NCBI GenBank assembly: GCA_047284725.1
Contig: JBJBEO010000001.1
Span: 672,001 to 736,000, forward strand
Length of the DNA: 64,000 nucleotides
DNA from: Synechococcus sp.
Lineage (GTDB): Bacteria > Cyanobacteriota > Cyanobacteriia > PCC-6307 > Cyanobiaceae
Direction of reading: 5' to 3'
Shown here in pieces: positions 1 through 10,962 of the stretch; position 1 is the first letter of the stretch, and each line of letters begins with the position of its first letter. The notes under the pieces are model-generated. The model was not told where the DNA came from, did not search any database, and was given only the letters and a program-made list of their open reading frames with translations. The position numbers and the translations under genes are program-made.

Positions 1-154
1 TGACATCAATACCGAGTTGACGCTTGGTGTCGTCATCAGAGAAGAGGGGCAGACCGAGATAGACGATCCGTTCTTTCAGCATCAGGGAGGGCAGATCCGG
101 CGGCGGCGTCCGCAACACCGTGGACTCTCCGTAGTAAGGAGCTGAGGTGGTCAT
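1..154 (-). CDS. clpR: Clp protease proteolytic subunit-like ClpR (5' part only; runs off the left edge)
   Basis: Manual translation from ATG at 154: MTTSAPYYGESTVLRTPPPDLPSLMLKERIVYLGLPLFSDDDTKRQLGIDV, which resembles the cyanobacterial ClpR N-terminus. Confidence 0.8.
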   Translation of the reverse strand, partial: MTTSAPYYGESTVLRTPPPDLPSLMLKERIVYLGLPLFSDDDTKRQLGIDV

Positions 155-185
155 CCGTGGAGCAATCCCCTTGCGTGGCAGGAGC

Positions 186-1346
186 CTAGCGGGGGTCTGA
201 GGGTGTGCGCCCGTCTGTTTTGTTCGATTTGGACCCTTTTGACTGATTGTCCCGGCCGTTCTTGCCGGCTTTGGTTTGTTTGCCGTCATCCAGTCGTGCA
301 AACACCATCCGGCCGGTGGGGGTTTGCAGGGTTCCGGTCACAACAACAGGGTGGCGGCTGCCAATCAGAGAACGGGCGTCATCCACCACCACCATCGTGC
401 CGTCTTCCAGGTATCCCACCCCCTGGCTCTTCTCCTTGCCTTCGCGCACGATCTTGAGTTTGAGTTCATCGCCCGGTTGCACCTCAGGGCGCAGGGCAAT
501 CACCAGCTCACTCAGGTTCATCACCTTCAGGCTTTTCACCTGCGCCACCTGGGCCAGGTTGAAATCGGCGGTCACCAAGGTGCCGCCGGTGTCTTCGGTG
601 AGTTGCAACAGACGATCGTCGGTACCTGCGCCGTCGTAGCGGGTGGTGTTGATCACCAATCGGCGGTTGTAGTGCTCACGCAACTCGGTCAGCAGCTTGA
701 GGCCGCGGCGACCCTTGCCTCGTTTTTCCAAGTTGGTGGAATCAGCAAGTTGCTGCATCTCGTCGATCACGGTCTGGGCCACGATCACCTTTCCTTCCAG
801 CAGGCCACAGCCCAGCATTCCCCGAATACGGCCATCGATGATCACGCTGGTGTCGAGGATTTTGGCGGTGGCCGGCGTGAGGACCCCATCGGCCACGAGC
901 AACGCTTCCGTGGAAGTGGGGTTGAACAAGCGCAGCAGCGTGCGCCCATGCACTTCAGCAAGGTTGTAGCCCAAGACTCCGAAGAAGCCATTGCTCACCA
1001 CAGCAGCCAGCGGTTTGACCAGGGCAGAGCCCCCGGCGAGTGGTAACAGCAAGATCGGAGCCAGCAACAGGTTGGCCACCAACAGGCCAAGGATCAGGCC
1101 CACCGCGCGGCTGACCAGCAGGTCGGTGGGCATGGTGCGCACCTGGCGCATCAGTTGCTGGCGCAGTCGGCGGAACACCAACCCTGCGACGATGCCGATC
1201 ACCGCTCCACCGGCTGTGAGGCCCCAGCGCACCAGTTCAACATCAGTGCCTTCGTCCAGCAGCTCCTGGGGCAGAAGGTGAACGCCCATCCATCCGGTGG
1301 CCGCCCCGGAGATCAGGAACAGAATCAGGATGAGCGGTTCAACCAT
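186..1346 (-). CDS. PIN/TRAM domain membrane protein (YacL/Ycf81-like)
   Basis: N-terminal TM helices, PIN motif ILDTSVIIDGRI, TRAM region GVGYLEDGTMVVV; start taken at MVEPLIL. Confidence 0.9.
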   Translation of the reverse strand: MVEPLILILFLISGAATGWMGVHLLPQELLDEGTDVELVRWGLTAGGAVIGIVAGLVFRRLRQQLMRQVRTMPTDLLVSRAVGLILGLLVANLLLAPILLLPLAGGSALVKPLAAVVSNGFFGVLGYNLAEVHGRTLLRLFNPTSTEALLVADGVLTPATAKILDTSVIIDGRIRGMLGCGLLEGKVIVAQTVIDEMQQLADSTNLEKRGKGRRGLKLLTELREHYNRRLVINTTRYDGAGTDDRLLQLTEDTGGTLVTADFNLAQVAQVKSLKVMNLSELVIALRPEVQPGDELKLKIVREGKEKSQGVGYLEDGTMVVVDDARSLIGSRHPVVVTGTLQTPTGRMVFARLDDGKQTKAGKNGRDNQSKGSKSNKTDGRTPSDPR

Positions 1347-1416
1347 GGTTCGGCTTGTGGCAGCCCATCCCAGCTGCAGGCAGCATGCACCATCTTCCAA
1401 CGATTGGCCTGGGCTG

Positions 1417-2661
1417 ATGTCCGCACCGCGCAGCGCCTATGTGCATATCCCCTTCTGCCATCGGCGCTGTTTCTACTGTGATTTTGCTGTTGTTCCCCTC
1501 GGTGACAGGGCTGGTGGGGGGCTAGGGCCCGGAAGCAGCTCGATTGCGACTTATCTCGAGCAGCTCCATACCGAGATCGCCCTGTCGCCCCAAGGCCCTC
1601 CCTTGGCTACGGTCTATATCGGCGGCGGCACGCCATCCCTGCTGACGCCGCAACAGATCAGCGCCGTGCTGCAGAGCTTAAAGCGGCAGTTTGGCTTTCA
1701 GCAGGGGGCGGAAGTCACGCTGGAGATGGATCCGGCCAGTTTTGATCTTCTGACTCTTCAGGCCTTGTGCGCCGTCGGCATCAATCGCGTCAGCCTGGGG
1801 GGGCAGAGCTTTGACGACAGGGTGCTGGAATCCCTCGGTCGTCGGCACCGGTGCCACGATCTGCAGCAGTGCTGTGCGTGGTTGGATCAGGCCTGCCGCG
1901 ATGGCGGCCTGCGGAGTTGGAGCCTTGATCTGATCCGCAATCTTCCCTCCCAGACCCAGCCCCAATGGCTGGAACAGTTGGAGCTGGCGTTGGCCTCCAA
2001 GGCCCCCCACCTGTCGATTTACGACCTGACGGTGGAGCCAGGCACGGTGTTTGCCTGGCGGCAGCGCCGTGGTGAGTTGTCCTTGCCTGACGATGACCAG
2101 GCCGCAGCCTTGATGGCCTCCACCAGTGAACGTCTGGGACGGGCAGGGTTTTGTCGTTATGAAATCTCCAATTACGCCTGGCCCGGCCATGCGTCACGTC
2201 ACAACCGCGTCTACTGGAGCGGTGCGGGCTGGTGGGGATTTGGTCTGGGCGCCACCAGCGCGCCCTGGGGACAACGGCATGCGCGACCGCGTACACGGGA
2301 GAGCTACAGCCAGTGGCTGCGTCAGCAACACAGCCAGGTGGATGCTTCCCTCGATGCCACAACGGCCACAGCACTTCCTCTTGATGACCGGTTGCTGGTG
2401 GGTTTACGCCGCCATGAAGGGGTGAATCTGAAGGAGCAGGCGCTTGCCTCTGGTTGGAGTCAGAGCGTCTGTGATCGCTTCCTGCCCGCCCTGGAGCAGC
2501 GGTGGCAGCCCGCCATCCAGCACGGTCTCCTGCTGCATGAGGGGAACCGCTGGCGGCTGACGGATCCGAAGGGAATGGCCCTCAGCAATCAGGTGCTGGT
2601 GGAGCTGGTGTGCTGGTGGGAGATGCTTCCGGCTGACGTTGCCGGCCCACCCAGCCCCTGA
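1417..2661 (+). CDS. hemW: Radical SAM heme chaperone HemW (HemN-like)
   Basis: [14 protein letters not shown] (CxxxCxxC), GGGTPS, YEISNYA and HNRVYW motifs; start at MSAPRS. Confidence 0.88.
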   Translation: MSAPRSAYVHIPFCHRRCFYCDFAVVPLGDRAGGGLGPGSSSIATYLEQLHTEIALSPQGPPLATVYIGGGTPSLLTPQQISAVLQSLKRQFGFQQGAEVTLEMDPASFDLLTLQALCAVGINRVSLGGQSFDDRVLESLGRRHRCHDLQQCCAWLDQACRDGGLRSWSLDLIRNLPSQTQPQWLEQLELALASKAPHLSIYDLTVEPGTVFAWRQRRGELSLPDDDQAAALMASTSERLGRAGFCRYEISNYAWPGHASRHNRVYWSGAGWWGFGLGATSAPWGQRHARPRTRESYSQWLRQQHSQVDASLDATTATALPLDDRLLVGLRRHEGVNLKEQALASGWSQSVCDRFLPALEQRWQPAIQHGLLLHEGNRWRLTDPKGMALSNQVLVELVCWWEMLPADVAGPPSP

Positions 2662-3400
2662 GGGCCTCAACGCAGAGCTGACGCCCTGGGATGAGGGCCG
2701 GGCTGAAGGGCGGCTGTTGAGGGGTCAGACCGAGCAGGTCAGCGGTGACGCGCACTTGGCCATCGCACCCCGTGCCAGCTCCGATGCCAATGACCGGAAT
2801 CTCAAGCATCTGCTGCAACGCAGCTGCCAGTTCTGCGGGAATGTGCTCCAGCACCAGCGAGAAGCAACCTTTGGCCTGCAACTCCAGGGCCTGCCGTTTG
2901 AGTTTGTCCTGGCTTTGTGGATCGAGGGCCTGGCGCTTGTATCCGAGGCGATGCACCGCCTGGGGCGTGAGGCCCAGGTGCCCCATCACCGGAATTCCCA
3001 TCCGCACGAGCCGGTCGATCACGGCGAGGACTTCCGGTTCTGCTCCCTCGAGCTTCACGGCAGCGGCGCCCGAGTTCTTCAACAGTGTGCCTGCGGCTGC
3101 AACCGCCCGATCGGTCCCGCACTGATAGCTGAGAAATGGAAGATCAACGATCACCAAGGGCTGTTCGGCGATGGGGCCTTGGAATCCGCGGCACACAGCC
3201 TGAGTGTGCAGCAGCATCTGCTCCAGGGTCACCGGCAGGGTGGTGGCATGGCCCAGCACCACCATCGCCAGGGAGTCGCCCACCAGCACCACATCAGCGC
3301 CAGCCTCCTGCACCAGTGAGGCGGAGAGGCTGTCCCAGGCGGTCAACACGGTGATCAGCCGACCGGACTGCTTGAAGCGGGTGAGATCAGCAGGACGCAT
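2582..3400 (-). CDS. panB: 3-methyl-2-oxobutanoate hydroxymethyltransferase
   Basis: [19 protein letters not shown] and IGIGAG motifs. Confidence 0.96.
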   Translation of the reverse strand: MRPADLTRFKQSGRLITVLTAWDSLSASLVQEAGADVVLVGDSLAMVVLGHATTLPVTLEQMLLHTQAVCRGFQGPIAEQPLVIVDLPFLSYQCGTDRAVAAAGTLLKNSGAAAVKLEGAEPEVLAVIDRLVRMGIPVMGHLGLTPQAVHRLGYKRQALDPQSQDKLKRQALELQAKGCFSLVLEHIPAELAAALQQMLEIPVIGIGAGTGCDGQVRVTADLLGLTPQQPPFSPALIPGRQLCVEALRGWVGRQRQPEASPTSTPAPPAPDC

Positions 3401-3444
3401 CAGCCTCCCCAGGCCTGCGGGGGTCCATTGCTAGCATTACGGTC

Positions 3445-3540
3445 GACTCGGACCCATGCGGTCCAGACGCCCAAACCTGGTCAGGACCGGAAGGGAGCAG
3501 CCACACGGGATGCTCTGGGCAGGCGTGGACTCCGGGTCAC
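3445..3540 (+). ncRNA. ffs: Signal recognition particle 4.5S RNA
   Basis: Conserved domain IV sequence GGTCAGGACCGGAAGGGAGCAGCC within a long hairpin with complementary ends; TAGCAT -10-like box at 3432. Confidence 0.93.
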
Positions 3541-3566
3541 CACATTCCCAACGGGCGGTTCGGATG

Positions 3567-3613
3567 GCTGCCATTAAAAAGACCAGTCAACGACTGGGCT
3601 TTTTAATGGCAGC
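3567..3613. terminator. Long bidirectional hairpin between convergent ffs and ftsZ
   Basis: GCTGCCATTAAAAAG-ACCAGTC-AAC-GACTGGG-CTTTTTAATGGCAGC inverted repeat containing A/T tracts. Confidence 0.75.
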
Positions 3614-3628
3614 AGAGTCTCGTGAACG

Positions 3629-4786
3629 TCAGTCGTTGCTCGACTCAGCGCGCATCTGGCGCTGGCGCAGAAATTCGGGAATGCGAGCGCCGGCATCGTT
3701 GCTCTCCGGTGCCGTGAAGGTCATCCCGGTGGGGCGGCTGCTGGAACGCTCGCTGCGGTAGGGCTGGCCGTTCTCGAAGCCTGTGGCGATCACGGTCACG
3801 TGGATCTCACCTTCGAGGCGTTCGTCGACCACGGCGCCGACAATGATGTTGGCTTCGGGATCCACCACGTCGTAAATCACCTCGGAAGCGGAGGTCATGT
3901 CTTCGAGCGTCATGTCGCGGCCGCCGCTGATGTTGATCACACAGCCTTTGGCGCCATCAATGCGCGCTGCCTCCAGAAGGGGGCTGTTGATGGCACTCTG
4001 CGCCGCTTCGATGGCCCTGGAACGTCCAGACCCGACGCCGATGCCCAGCAAGGCCGTGCCTGCTTCCGTCATCACCGAGCGCACATCGGCGAAGTCAACG
4101 TTCACCAGGCCAGGGCAGGTGATGATGTCGCTGATGCCTTTTACGCCCATGCGCAGCACATCGTCAGCGCTGCGGAAGGCTTCCTGCAGTGGGGCACTTC
4201 CGATCGCATCACGGAGACGATCGTTGGGGATCACGATCAGGGTGTCGACATGCTCTGCAAGCCGAGCAATGCCTTCATCCGCCTGACGCATGCGCCTGCG
4301 CCCCTCAAATCCGAAGGGTTTGGTGACGATGCCAACGGTGAGAGCACCACTTTCCTTGGCGACTTCGGCCACGACGGGGGCTGCACCGGTGCCGGTGCCT
4401 CCACCCATGCCAGCCGCAATGAACACCAGATCGGTTCCCTGAAGAGCCTGCTGCAGATCAGCGCGGGATTCTTCAGCTGCTTTCTGGCCGATGCTGGGAT
4501 TGCCGCCCGCACCCAGACCGCGGGTGAGGGTCTGTCCCAGCTGAACGCGATTGTGGGATGACGATTGCAGGAGCGCCTGGGCGTCGGTGTTGAGCACGCT
4601 GTAGCCCACGCCTTCGAGGTCGCTCTGAATCATGCGGTTGACGGCATTGCTGCCGCCGCCACCAACACCAATCACTTCAATGCGAGCCGTCTGGCTCGGA
4701 AGGATGCCACTGGCCTCTGGTGCCTCATTGGGGGAGGGGGGCATCATCGTCATCGTTGAAGCCTTGCCGTTGAGCTGTGGCTGCAT
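3629..4786 (-). CDS. ftsZ: Cell division protein FtsZ (start may be a downstream Met near 4753)
   Basis: [10 protein letters not shown], tubulin signature GGGTGTG, NVDFADV, C-terminal IPEFLR. Confidence 0.98.
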   Translation of the reverse strand: MQPQLNGKASTMTMMPPSPNEAPEASGILPSQTARIEVIGVGGGGSNAVNRMIQSDLEGVGYSVLNTDAQALLQSSSHNRVQLGQTLTRGLGAGGNPSIGQKAAEESRADLQQALQGTDLVFIAAGMGGGTGTGAAPVVAEVAKESGALTVGIVTKPFGFEGRRRMRQADEGIARLAEHVDTLIVIPNDRLRDAIGSAPLQEAFRSADDVLRMGVKGISDIITCPGLVNVDFADVRSVMTEAGTALLGIGVGSGRSRAIEAAQSAINSPLLEAARIDGAKGCVINISGGRDMTLEDMTSASEVIYDVVDPEANIIVGAVVDERLEGEIHVTVIATGFENGQPYRSERSSSRPTGMTFTAPESNDAGARIPEFLRQRQMRAESSND

Positions 4787-4860
4787 TATGTCGGTGCGGG
4801 ATGCAATTCCCGTTCAGTTTGCACACCCTTGTTGATCCCTCACGGAACCGCAACAGAGCG

Positions 4861-5691
4861 TCAGCGTTCGCTCGCTTTGGCTGCAGTCGGTGATGGTGTC
4901 GGTGGGAGGTGAAGTTCTGGCTTGGCTGGATCGCTGAGATCGATGCTGCTGCCAGGCTGACGTTTCAGTGGAGCCGGCAGGCTTCGGCTCAGTTGACGCA
5001 GGGTGGTGAGTTGTTGTTCGAGTAGCCCGTGATCAACGCCTAATTCAATGAGGCCGAGACTGGTCGTTGTGATGCTGATGCTCCCATCGGCAGCAATGCT
5101 GATCGTTTGCAGCGGGCTTCCGAGTTGATCGCGCTGCTCAAGGAGAAGCGCCAGGATCGGTTGCTGTGCGGGCGTCCAGCCCTTCACCTGGATGCTGGTT
5201 TCCGGTTGTTCGCCGTGAGCCAGGGCGGCATGGGCCATCCAGTGACCGAGACCATCAACCATGCCCTGCTCGGGGCCATTGCTCCCTAGCCGGCTGGCAG
5301 AGGCCAGGGGGCGCCGGTCTTCCAGGTTCACGATGAGACCGGGCGGAAGCAGCCTGCGTTGCACGCTGACCGCCTGAACCGGGAGCTGTTTCAGCAGGGT
5401 TTCTTCCATCTGGCTCGGCTGCAGGCCGAGTAAACGAAGCGGGAATTGCAGTGCCGCGGCTTCGATCACGGCGTCCCTGCCGAGTCGCTGGCTCCCTGCA
5501 ACCGCCACCTGCTGCTGGCTGCGGAGTGTCCATCCCTGCGCCAGCAGAACCCATCCCAGGCCGGTGGCGGTTGCCGTGAGAGCGCCGAATCGCCACAGCA
5601 GCACAAGACGCTCCCGTCGGCGTTCCTGCCGAAGCCGGCGACGGCGTTCAACTCCTGGGGGGCGAGGGGTGGTGGTCGCGCTGCTGCTCAC
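4861..5691 (-). CDS. ftsQ: Cell division protein FtsQ/DivIB
   Basis: Arg-rich N-terminus, single TM helix, POTRA-like region, IDLSDP C-terminus; lies directly upstream of ftsZ. Confidence 0.85.
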   Translation of the reverse strand: MSSSATTTPRPPGVERRRRLRQERRRERLVLLWRFGALTATATGLGWVLLAQGWTLRSQQQVAVAGSQRLGRDAVIEAAALQFPLRLLGLQPSQMEETLLKQLPVQAVSVQRRLLPPGLIVNLEDRRPLASASRLGSNGPEQGMVDGLGHWMAHAALAHGEQPETSIQVKGWTPAQQPILALLLEQRDQLGSPLQTISIAADGSISITTTSLGLIELGVDHGLLEQQLTTLRQLSRSLPAPLKRQPGSSIDLSDPAKPELHLPPTPSPTAAKASER

Positions 5692-6098
5692 AGATCACAA
5701 CGGGCTTTGGACATCAGTTGATCGATCCAGTTGCGGGCGCGATCAGCGTCAGAGAAGGGCACATCCATCTGTTGGTTCCCTCCGATCAGCCGAAGACGGC
5801 ACTGGCCCTGGGATTCACTGGCCAGGGGGGCTTCTCCAGAAGCAAGGGCCATCAGCTCCACAAGCTCAAGGGTTTTGATCTCGAAAGCGCCCTGTTGCTC
5901 GAATTTTCCGGCTGAGAAACGACTCCACGTGAGCTCCCCGTCCTTCACACGGGCGGCTCCGCAGCCATCAAGTTTGGCCAGTTCCGATCCTTCTGACCAG
6001 GCGCGAAACAGTGTCTGGCGACGACGCTCCAGCCACCCCAGTGCAGCCAGCAACACAAACACCAGCAGGAGCGGAAACCAGAGCAGGCCGTGGAGCAT
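5688..6098 (-). CDS. Conserved hypothetical membrane-anchored protein
   Basis: Start MLHGLLWFPLLLVF (TM helix); overlaps the ftsQ start by 4 bp within the ddl-ftsQ-ftsZ run. Confidence 0.75.
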   Translation of the reverse strand: MLHGLLWFPLLLVFVLLAALGWLERRRQTLFRAWSEGSELAKLDGCGAARVKDGELTWSRFSAGKFEQQGAFEIKTLELVELMALASGEAPLASESQGQCRLRLIGGNQQMDVPFSDADRARNWIDQLMSKARCDL

Positions 6099-6130
6099 GG
6101 AACAACCTGAATCAAGTGCAGAGAGGATCC

Positions 6131-7192
6131 TTATTCTCGCGCGCTGTCCACGAGCTGCGCCACCAGTTGCTGCAGGTTGATGCCACTTGCGTTCCAGAGC
6201 ATGGGGTACATGCTGAGAGAGGTGAAACCTGGCAGGGTGTTGATCTCGTTGATCCAGATCCGGTCGTTGGTGGCGTCGTAGAAGAAATCCACTCGGGCCA
6301 TCCCTTCCACACACAGGGCGCGGCACGCCTCGAGTGCCATGGTTTGGATTTGTTGCTGGAGGACATCGCTGATCGGTGCGGGGATCAGGGTCTGACTGAG
6401 ACCGTCGCTGTATTTGGTGGTGTAGTCGTACCAGTCCGCATCAAATCGGATCTCACCGACCACTGAGGCCTTCATGTGTTGTTTGCCCAGCACAGCGCAT
6501 TCCAGTTCTCTGGCCTGAACGCCCTGTTCCACCACGATGCGGTGGTCGAGCTGCGCAGCCTCGTTAAGCCCAGTAATCAGCTGGTCACGGTTGCGGGCTT
6601 TGCTGATCCCAACAGAGGACCCCAGATTGGCCGGCTTCACGAAGCAGGGGTAGCCGAGTTCCGTTTCAATCCTCTTGACCAAGGCCTGGTGTCGATCTGG
6701 AGCGGCGAGGTCGGCTGCATTCAGGCCTACGTAGGGCACCTGCGCGAGCCCAGCAGCGGCAAAGGCCGCTTTCATCGCCAGTTTGTCCATGGCGACGGCT
6801 GATCCAAGCACTCCTGCCCCCACAAAGGGCTTGCCCATCAAGGTGAACAACCCTTGAACCGTGCCGTCTTCCCCATTGGGGCCATGCAACACCGGGTACC
6901 AGACATCAACGGATTCGGCGCCATCCGGAAGGGCCTGAAAGCTGGCCGGCGGCAGAGGTTGGGGCAGGCTCTGCTCCTCGCCAGCCCTTCCGTTGGCAAG
7001 GATGGAGCGGGCGACTGTTTCACCCCACCAGCGGCCCTGCTGATCGATGTACAGGGGCAGAACGCTGAAGCGTTCACGGTTTGTCCCTGATTCCAGGGCG
7101 CCGACCACGGTCACGGCCGAACGGATCGAAACCGCATGCTCGCCAGAGGCACCGCCGAATACAAGGCCGATGCGAACGGAGGCTGGGGGCAT
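6131..7192 (-). CDS. ddl: D-alanine--D-alanine ligase
   Basis: [30 protein letters not shown] and EINTLPG motifs. Confidence 0.97.
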   Translation of the reverse strand: MPPASVRIGLVFGGASGEHAVSIRSAVTVVGALESGTNRERFSVLPLYIDQQGRWWGETVARSILANGRAGEEQSLPQPLPPASFQALPDGAESVDVWYPVLHGPNGEDGTVQGLFTLMGKPFVGAGVLGSAVAMDKLAMKAAFAAAGLAQVPYVGLNAADLAAPDRHQALVKRIETELGYPCFVKPANLGSSVGISKARNRDQLITGLNEAAQLDHRIVVEQGVQARELECAVLGKQHMKASVVGEIRFDADWYDYTTKYSDGLSQTLIPAPISDVLQQQIQTMALEACRALCVEGMARVDFFYDATNDRIWINEINTLPGFTSLSMYPMLWNASGINLQQLVAQLVDSARE

Positions 7193-7227
7193 GGCAGGCA
7201 GACAGCCGGGCGTGAGCGCCAAAGGTA

Positions 7228-8628
7228 TCAGTCGTGGATCGGTGTGCCACTGAGGGAGAAGGAGCGCACGGCATCGATGCGCACCGTCACCAGATCCCCT
7301 GGTTGGTAAGTGCGGCCATCCTCGGTTTCAGCACTGAAGAAAGTGAGTCGGTTGGTGCGGGTGCGGCCCATCAGCTGAGAGGTGTCTTTGGGGTTGATGC
7401 CTTCGGCCAACACCTCTTCCAGGCGCCCTGCATAACGCGTGTTGCGTTCCTTGGCACAGCGCTCCACCAGCGCATTGATCTCCTGAAGGCGCTCCACCTT
7501 CACCGCTTCAGGGAGTTGGTTGTCCCAGTCGGCGGCTGGGGTGTTGGGACGCGGGGAATAGGCCGCAGTGTTCACCTGATCGAAGCCGATCTCGTCGATC
7601 AGCTGAAGAGTCCGCCTGTACTGGGCATCGGTTTCGCCGGGGAAGGCGACGATCACATCGGCACTCAGGGAAGCATCGGGCATGCGCTCGCGGATCCGAT
7701 CGATGATCCGTCGATAACGCTCCACCGTGTATCCCCGAGCCATCGCCCGCAGCACATCGTTATCACCGCTTTGGAAGGGGATATGAAAGTGCTCGCACAC
7801 CTTGGGAAGGTCGGCGCAGGCGTCGATCAGGCGTTCGGTGAAATAGCGCGGATGGCTCGTGGCAAAGCGAATCCGTTCCAGTCCCTCCACGTCATGAACC
7901 TGATGGAGCAGATCGGTGAGGGTGTGCTGCCGCCGTCCCTCTGCTGTGATGCCGGGCAGATCGCGTCCATAGGCGTCGATGTTCTGACCGAGCAGGGTGA
8001 TTTCCTTGAACCCCTGCGCGGCCAGGCCTTCCATCTCGAGGCGGATGGCCTCTGGTTGTCGCGATTGCTCCTTGCCGCGCACGGAGGGCACCACGCAGTA
8101 GGTGCAACGCTCATTGCAGCCGTAAATCACATTGACCCAGCCGCAGATGCTGCTGTCCCGGCGGGCTGTGGTGATGTCTTCAAGGATGTGGTGCTCTTCT
8201 GTGGCGACCACCTGCTGGCCCGCCTCGACCTGGTTGAGCAGCGTCTCCAGGCGGTTGGCGTGTTGCGGCCCCATCACCAGGTCGAGCTCGGGCACCCGGC
8301 GCAGGAGAGACTCGCCCTCCTGTTGGGCCACACAACCCGCCACCACCAACGTGAGATTGGGGTTGGTGTGTTTGCGCTGGGCCTGGCGACCCAGGTAGCT
8401 GTACACCTTCTGTTCAGCGTTGTCGCGGATGGTGCAGGTGTTGTAGAGCACCAGATCGGCGTCGAGCTCCGCGGTCGCCTCCCGGTAGCCCATGGCTTCG
8501 AGGATTCCAGCCATGCGTTCGGAATCCGCCTTGTTCATCTGGCAACCGAAAGTGGTGATCCAGTAGCTGCCGCGGCTGTTGGCAGTGGCCGCCTCAGCGG
8601 TGGAAGTGGGTGAAGCGGAAACGACCAA
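7228..8628 (-). CDS. miaB: tRNA-2-methylthio-N6-dimethylallyladenosine synthase
   Basis: [21 protein letters not shown] radical SAM motif, C-terminal TRAM domain. Confidence 0.97.
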   Translation of the reverse strand: MVVSASPTSTAEAATANSRGSYWITTFGCQMNKADSERMAGILEAMGYREATAELDADLVLYNTCTIRDNAEQKVYSYLGRQAQRKHTNPNLTLVVAGCVAQQEGESLLRRVPELDLVMGPQHANRLETLLNQVEAGQQVVATEEHHILEDITTARRDSSICGWVNVIYGCNERCTYCVVPSVRGKEQSRQPEAIRLEMEGLAAQGFKEITLLGQNIDAYGRDLPGITAEGRRQHTLTDLLHQVHDVEGLERIRFATSHPRYFTERLIDACADLPKVCEHFHIPFQSGDNDVLRAMARGYTVERYRRIIDRIRERMPDASLSADVIVAFPGETDAQYRRTLQLIDEIGFDQVNTAAYSPRPNTPAADWDNQLPEAVKVERLQEINALVERCAKERNTRYAGRLEEVLAEGINPKDTSQLMGRTRTNRLTFFSAETEDGRTYQPGDLVTVRIDAVRSFSLSGTPIHD

Positions 8629-8722
8629 GGCTGTCAGCGGTTCGGGGTCCGGTGATGAAGTGCTCTAAGCAGTGTCGGTCACGACGGGGCTGTGTCAGTT
8701 TGAGGATCGGTGCACTGTCGGC

Positions 8723-9805
8723 ATGGTTTGGAGCCTGCGTCGATTTCCTCTCACCAAAGCGGTTCCCCTGGCGATCAGCCGCGGCACGACGGCACGGGTT
8801 GAACATCTCGAGCTCAGTTTCAGTTCGGAAGGAATCACCGGGCGCGGCGAAGCGGGGGGGCTGGACACGGGGCATCGCAGCTACACCATCGATGGGATTG
8901 AAGTCGAGTTGCACGCTCTCCTTCCAGCGCTTGAGGCGGTTGATCCCCTGAATCGACAGGTGCTCTTGCTCCTGCTGAATGCACTGTCACCTCCTGCAAG
9001 GTGTGCTGTCGACCTGGCTCTCTGGGACTGGTGGGGGCAGCGTCTCGGGCAGCCGCTTTGGCGACTCTGGGGGCTGGATGGCACGCGGCGCGTCTCGACC
9101 AGTGTCACCTTGGGGCTCGGGTCTGTGGAGCAGGTGCTGGCGCGGTTGGAGCGCTGGTGGGAGCAGCTGCCGGCAACGCGCATCAAGTTGAAGCTGGGCA
9201 GCCCGGATGGTCTTCACCACGACCGCCAGTTGTTGCTGGCGGTGGCGGATGCCCTTGCCCAACGCCAGCAGCAGGAGCAGCAGGTTTTGGAGTTGCAGGT
9301 GGATGCCAACGGCGGCTGGACGGTGGATCAGGCGATTGAGATGGTCACGGATCTGATGCGCGCCGATGTGGTGCTGCTGGAGCAGCCGCTCCCGGCGCGA
9401 GTGGAGCCTGAGCGCGATACCGCTGGGTTTGCAGCGCTTCACCCCAAGTGCCCTTTGCCGTTGGTGGCGGATGAGAGCTGCTGGGGATTGGGGGATGTGC
9501 TTCGGCTTGCGCCTTATGTGGATGGGGTGAATCTCAAATTGCTGAAAACCGGTGGGCTGAGCGAAGCCCTGTTGATGGCCCAGGTGGCACAGCGGTTGGG
9601 TCTCGACCTGATGGTGGGGTGTTATTCCGACAGTGGCCTTCTGAATGGGGCGGCAGCCCACCTCCTCCCACTGATCCGCTGGCCTGATCTCGACAGTCAT
9701 CTCAACCTGAGGGATGACCCGTTTGCAGGCTTGCCGATGCACGCCGATCAGCAGTGGGCGCCGGTAGGTGCAGGCCTGGGGATTGCGTTGCGGGAGTCCC
9801 TCTGA
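8723..9805 (+). CDS. Dipeptide epimerase / enolase superfamily (L-Ala-D/L-Glu epimerase, DgcA-like)
   Basis: KLKLG, VDANGGW, EQPL, ADES and NLKLLKTGG motifs. Confidence 0.88.
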   Translation: MVWSLRRFPLTKAVPLAISRGTTARVEHLELSFSSEGITGRGEAGGLDTGHRSYTIDGIEVELHALLPALEAVDPLNRQVLLLLLNALSPPARCAVDLALWDWWGQRLGQPLWRLWGLDGTRRVSTSVTLGLGSVEQVLARLERWWEQLPATRIKLKLGSPDGLHHDRQLLLAVADALAQRQQQEQQVLELQVDANGGWTVDQAIEMVTDLMRADVVLLEQPLPARVEPERDTAGFAALHPKCPLPLVADESCWGLGDVLRLAPYVDGVNLKLLKTGGLSEALLMAQVAQRLGLDLMVGCYSDSGLLNGAAAHLLPLIRWPDLDSHLNLRDDPFAGLPMHADQQWAPVGAGLGIALRESL

Positions 9806-10866
9806 TGCTGACCGGGGCTGATCGCGTTGTACTCCTCCAGCATGGTGGTCTGGATTCGCTCACGGGGAAGACGGGGCTGGCAATGTTGCGACATCGCCGT
9901 GGCCCGATTGTTGCGGTGATCGACCCTGTCCATGCCGGCGTCAATCTGGAGGAGCTCACGGGCATTCCCCGGTCGATTCCAGTCGTGGCTGATCTGCAGC
10001 AGGCACTGGCCTATGAGCCTGAGGTGGCGGTGATTGGCCTGGCGCCTTCGGGTGGTTTGTTGCCTGAGCCTCTGCGCCTCGATGCCCTTGCGGCCCTGCA
10101 GTCAGGCCTGTCCTTGGCCAGTGGCCTCCATACCCGCCTAGGAAGAGATCCCGTCTTCGCTGCGGCCTGCCAGCCCGGTCGCTGGATCTGGGACCTGCGC
10201 CAGGAGCCAGCTGGTTTGAGGGTGGCGGAGGGGAGGTCGGCCGCGTTGCCCTGCCAGCGTGTCTTGGCCATGGGAACCGATATGGCGGTGGGCAAGATGA
10301 GTGCCTGCCTGGCCCTTCGGGATGCTGCAGAACGGGAAGGGGTGGCTTGCGATTTTGTCGGCACTGGTCAGGCTGGAATCCTGATCAGTGGCTCCGGTGT
10401 TCCCCTCGATGCGGTGCGGGTGGATTACGCCGCGGGTGCGGTGGAGGCTGCGGTGATCGCCGCGGGCCTGGCCCTGCCTGCCGACGGCCTCCTGCTCGTG
10501 GAAGGACAGGGCTCCCTCTGTCATCCAGGCTCCACAGCGACCTTGCCGTTGCTGCGTGGGTCTCAGCCCACCGCTTTGATGCTGGTGCATCGCGCCGGTC
10601 AAACCACGATCAATCGCCTCCCAACGGTGCCTCTGCCGCCGCTGATTGATTTGGTGCAACTGTGTGAGGATCTGGCTTCGATCGGTCGGCCATCCGATGC
10701 AGGCCCCCGCCCAAGAGTGGAGGTCGTTGCCGTGAATACGGCACAGATGAGTGCCGATGAAGCGGTCAGAGTGCTGCAGGCAACAGAAGATGAACTGAAC
10801 CTGCCTTGCTGCGACCCGATCAGAGATGGGGCCGAGAAGCTGTTGAAACGATTGAGATCGACGTGA
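9805..10866 (+). CDS. DUF1611 family protein (DgcN-like P-loop protein)
   Basis: GTDMAVGKM, GTGQAGILI and VEGQGSL motifs; TGATG coupling to the epimerase gene. Confidence 0.88.
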   Translation: MLTGADRVVLLQHGGLDSLTGKTGLAMLRHRRGPIVAVIDPVHAGVNLEELTGIPRSIPVVADLQQALAYEPEVAVIGLAPSGGLLPEPLRLDALAALQSGLSLASGLHTRLGRDPVFAAACQPGRWIWDLRQEPAGLRVAEGRSAALPCQRVLAMGTDMAVGKMSACLALRDAAEREGVACDFVGTGQAGILISGSGVPLDAVRVDYAAGAVEAAVIAAGLALPADGLLLVEGQGSLCHPGSTATLPLLRGSQPTALMLVHRAGQTTINRLPTVPLPPLIDLVQLCEDLASIGRPSDAGPRPRVEVVAVNTAQMSADEAVRVLQATEDELNLPCCDPIRDGAEKLLKRLRST

Positions 10867-10888
10867 TGGTCATCGATCTGGGAAAAAG

Positions 10889-10962
10889 GGCGAGCGAGGG
10901 GATTCGAACCCCCGAATAGCGGCGCCACAAGCCGCTGCCTTAACCACTTGGCGACGCCCGCC
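10889..10962 (-). tRNA. tRNA-His(GUG)
   Basis: Reverse complement (G)GCGGGCGTCGCCAAGTGGTTAAGGCAGCGGCTTGTGGCGCCGCTATTCGGGGGTTCGAATCCCCTCGCTCGCC; anticodon GTG; G-1 is encoded, full CCA is not. Confidence 0.97.
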
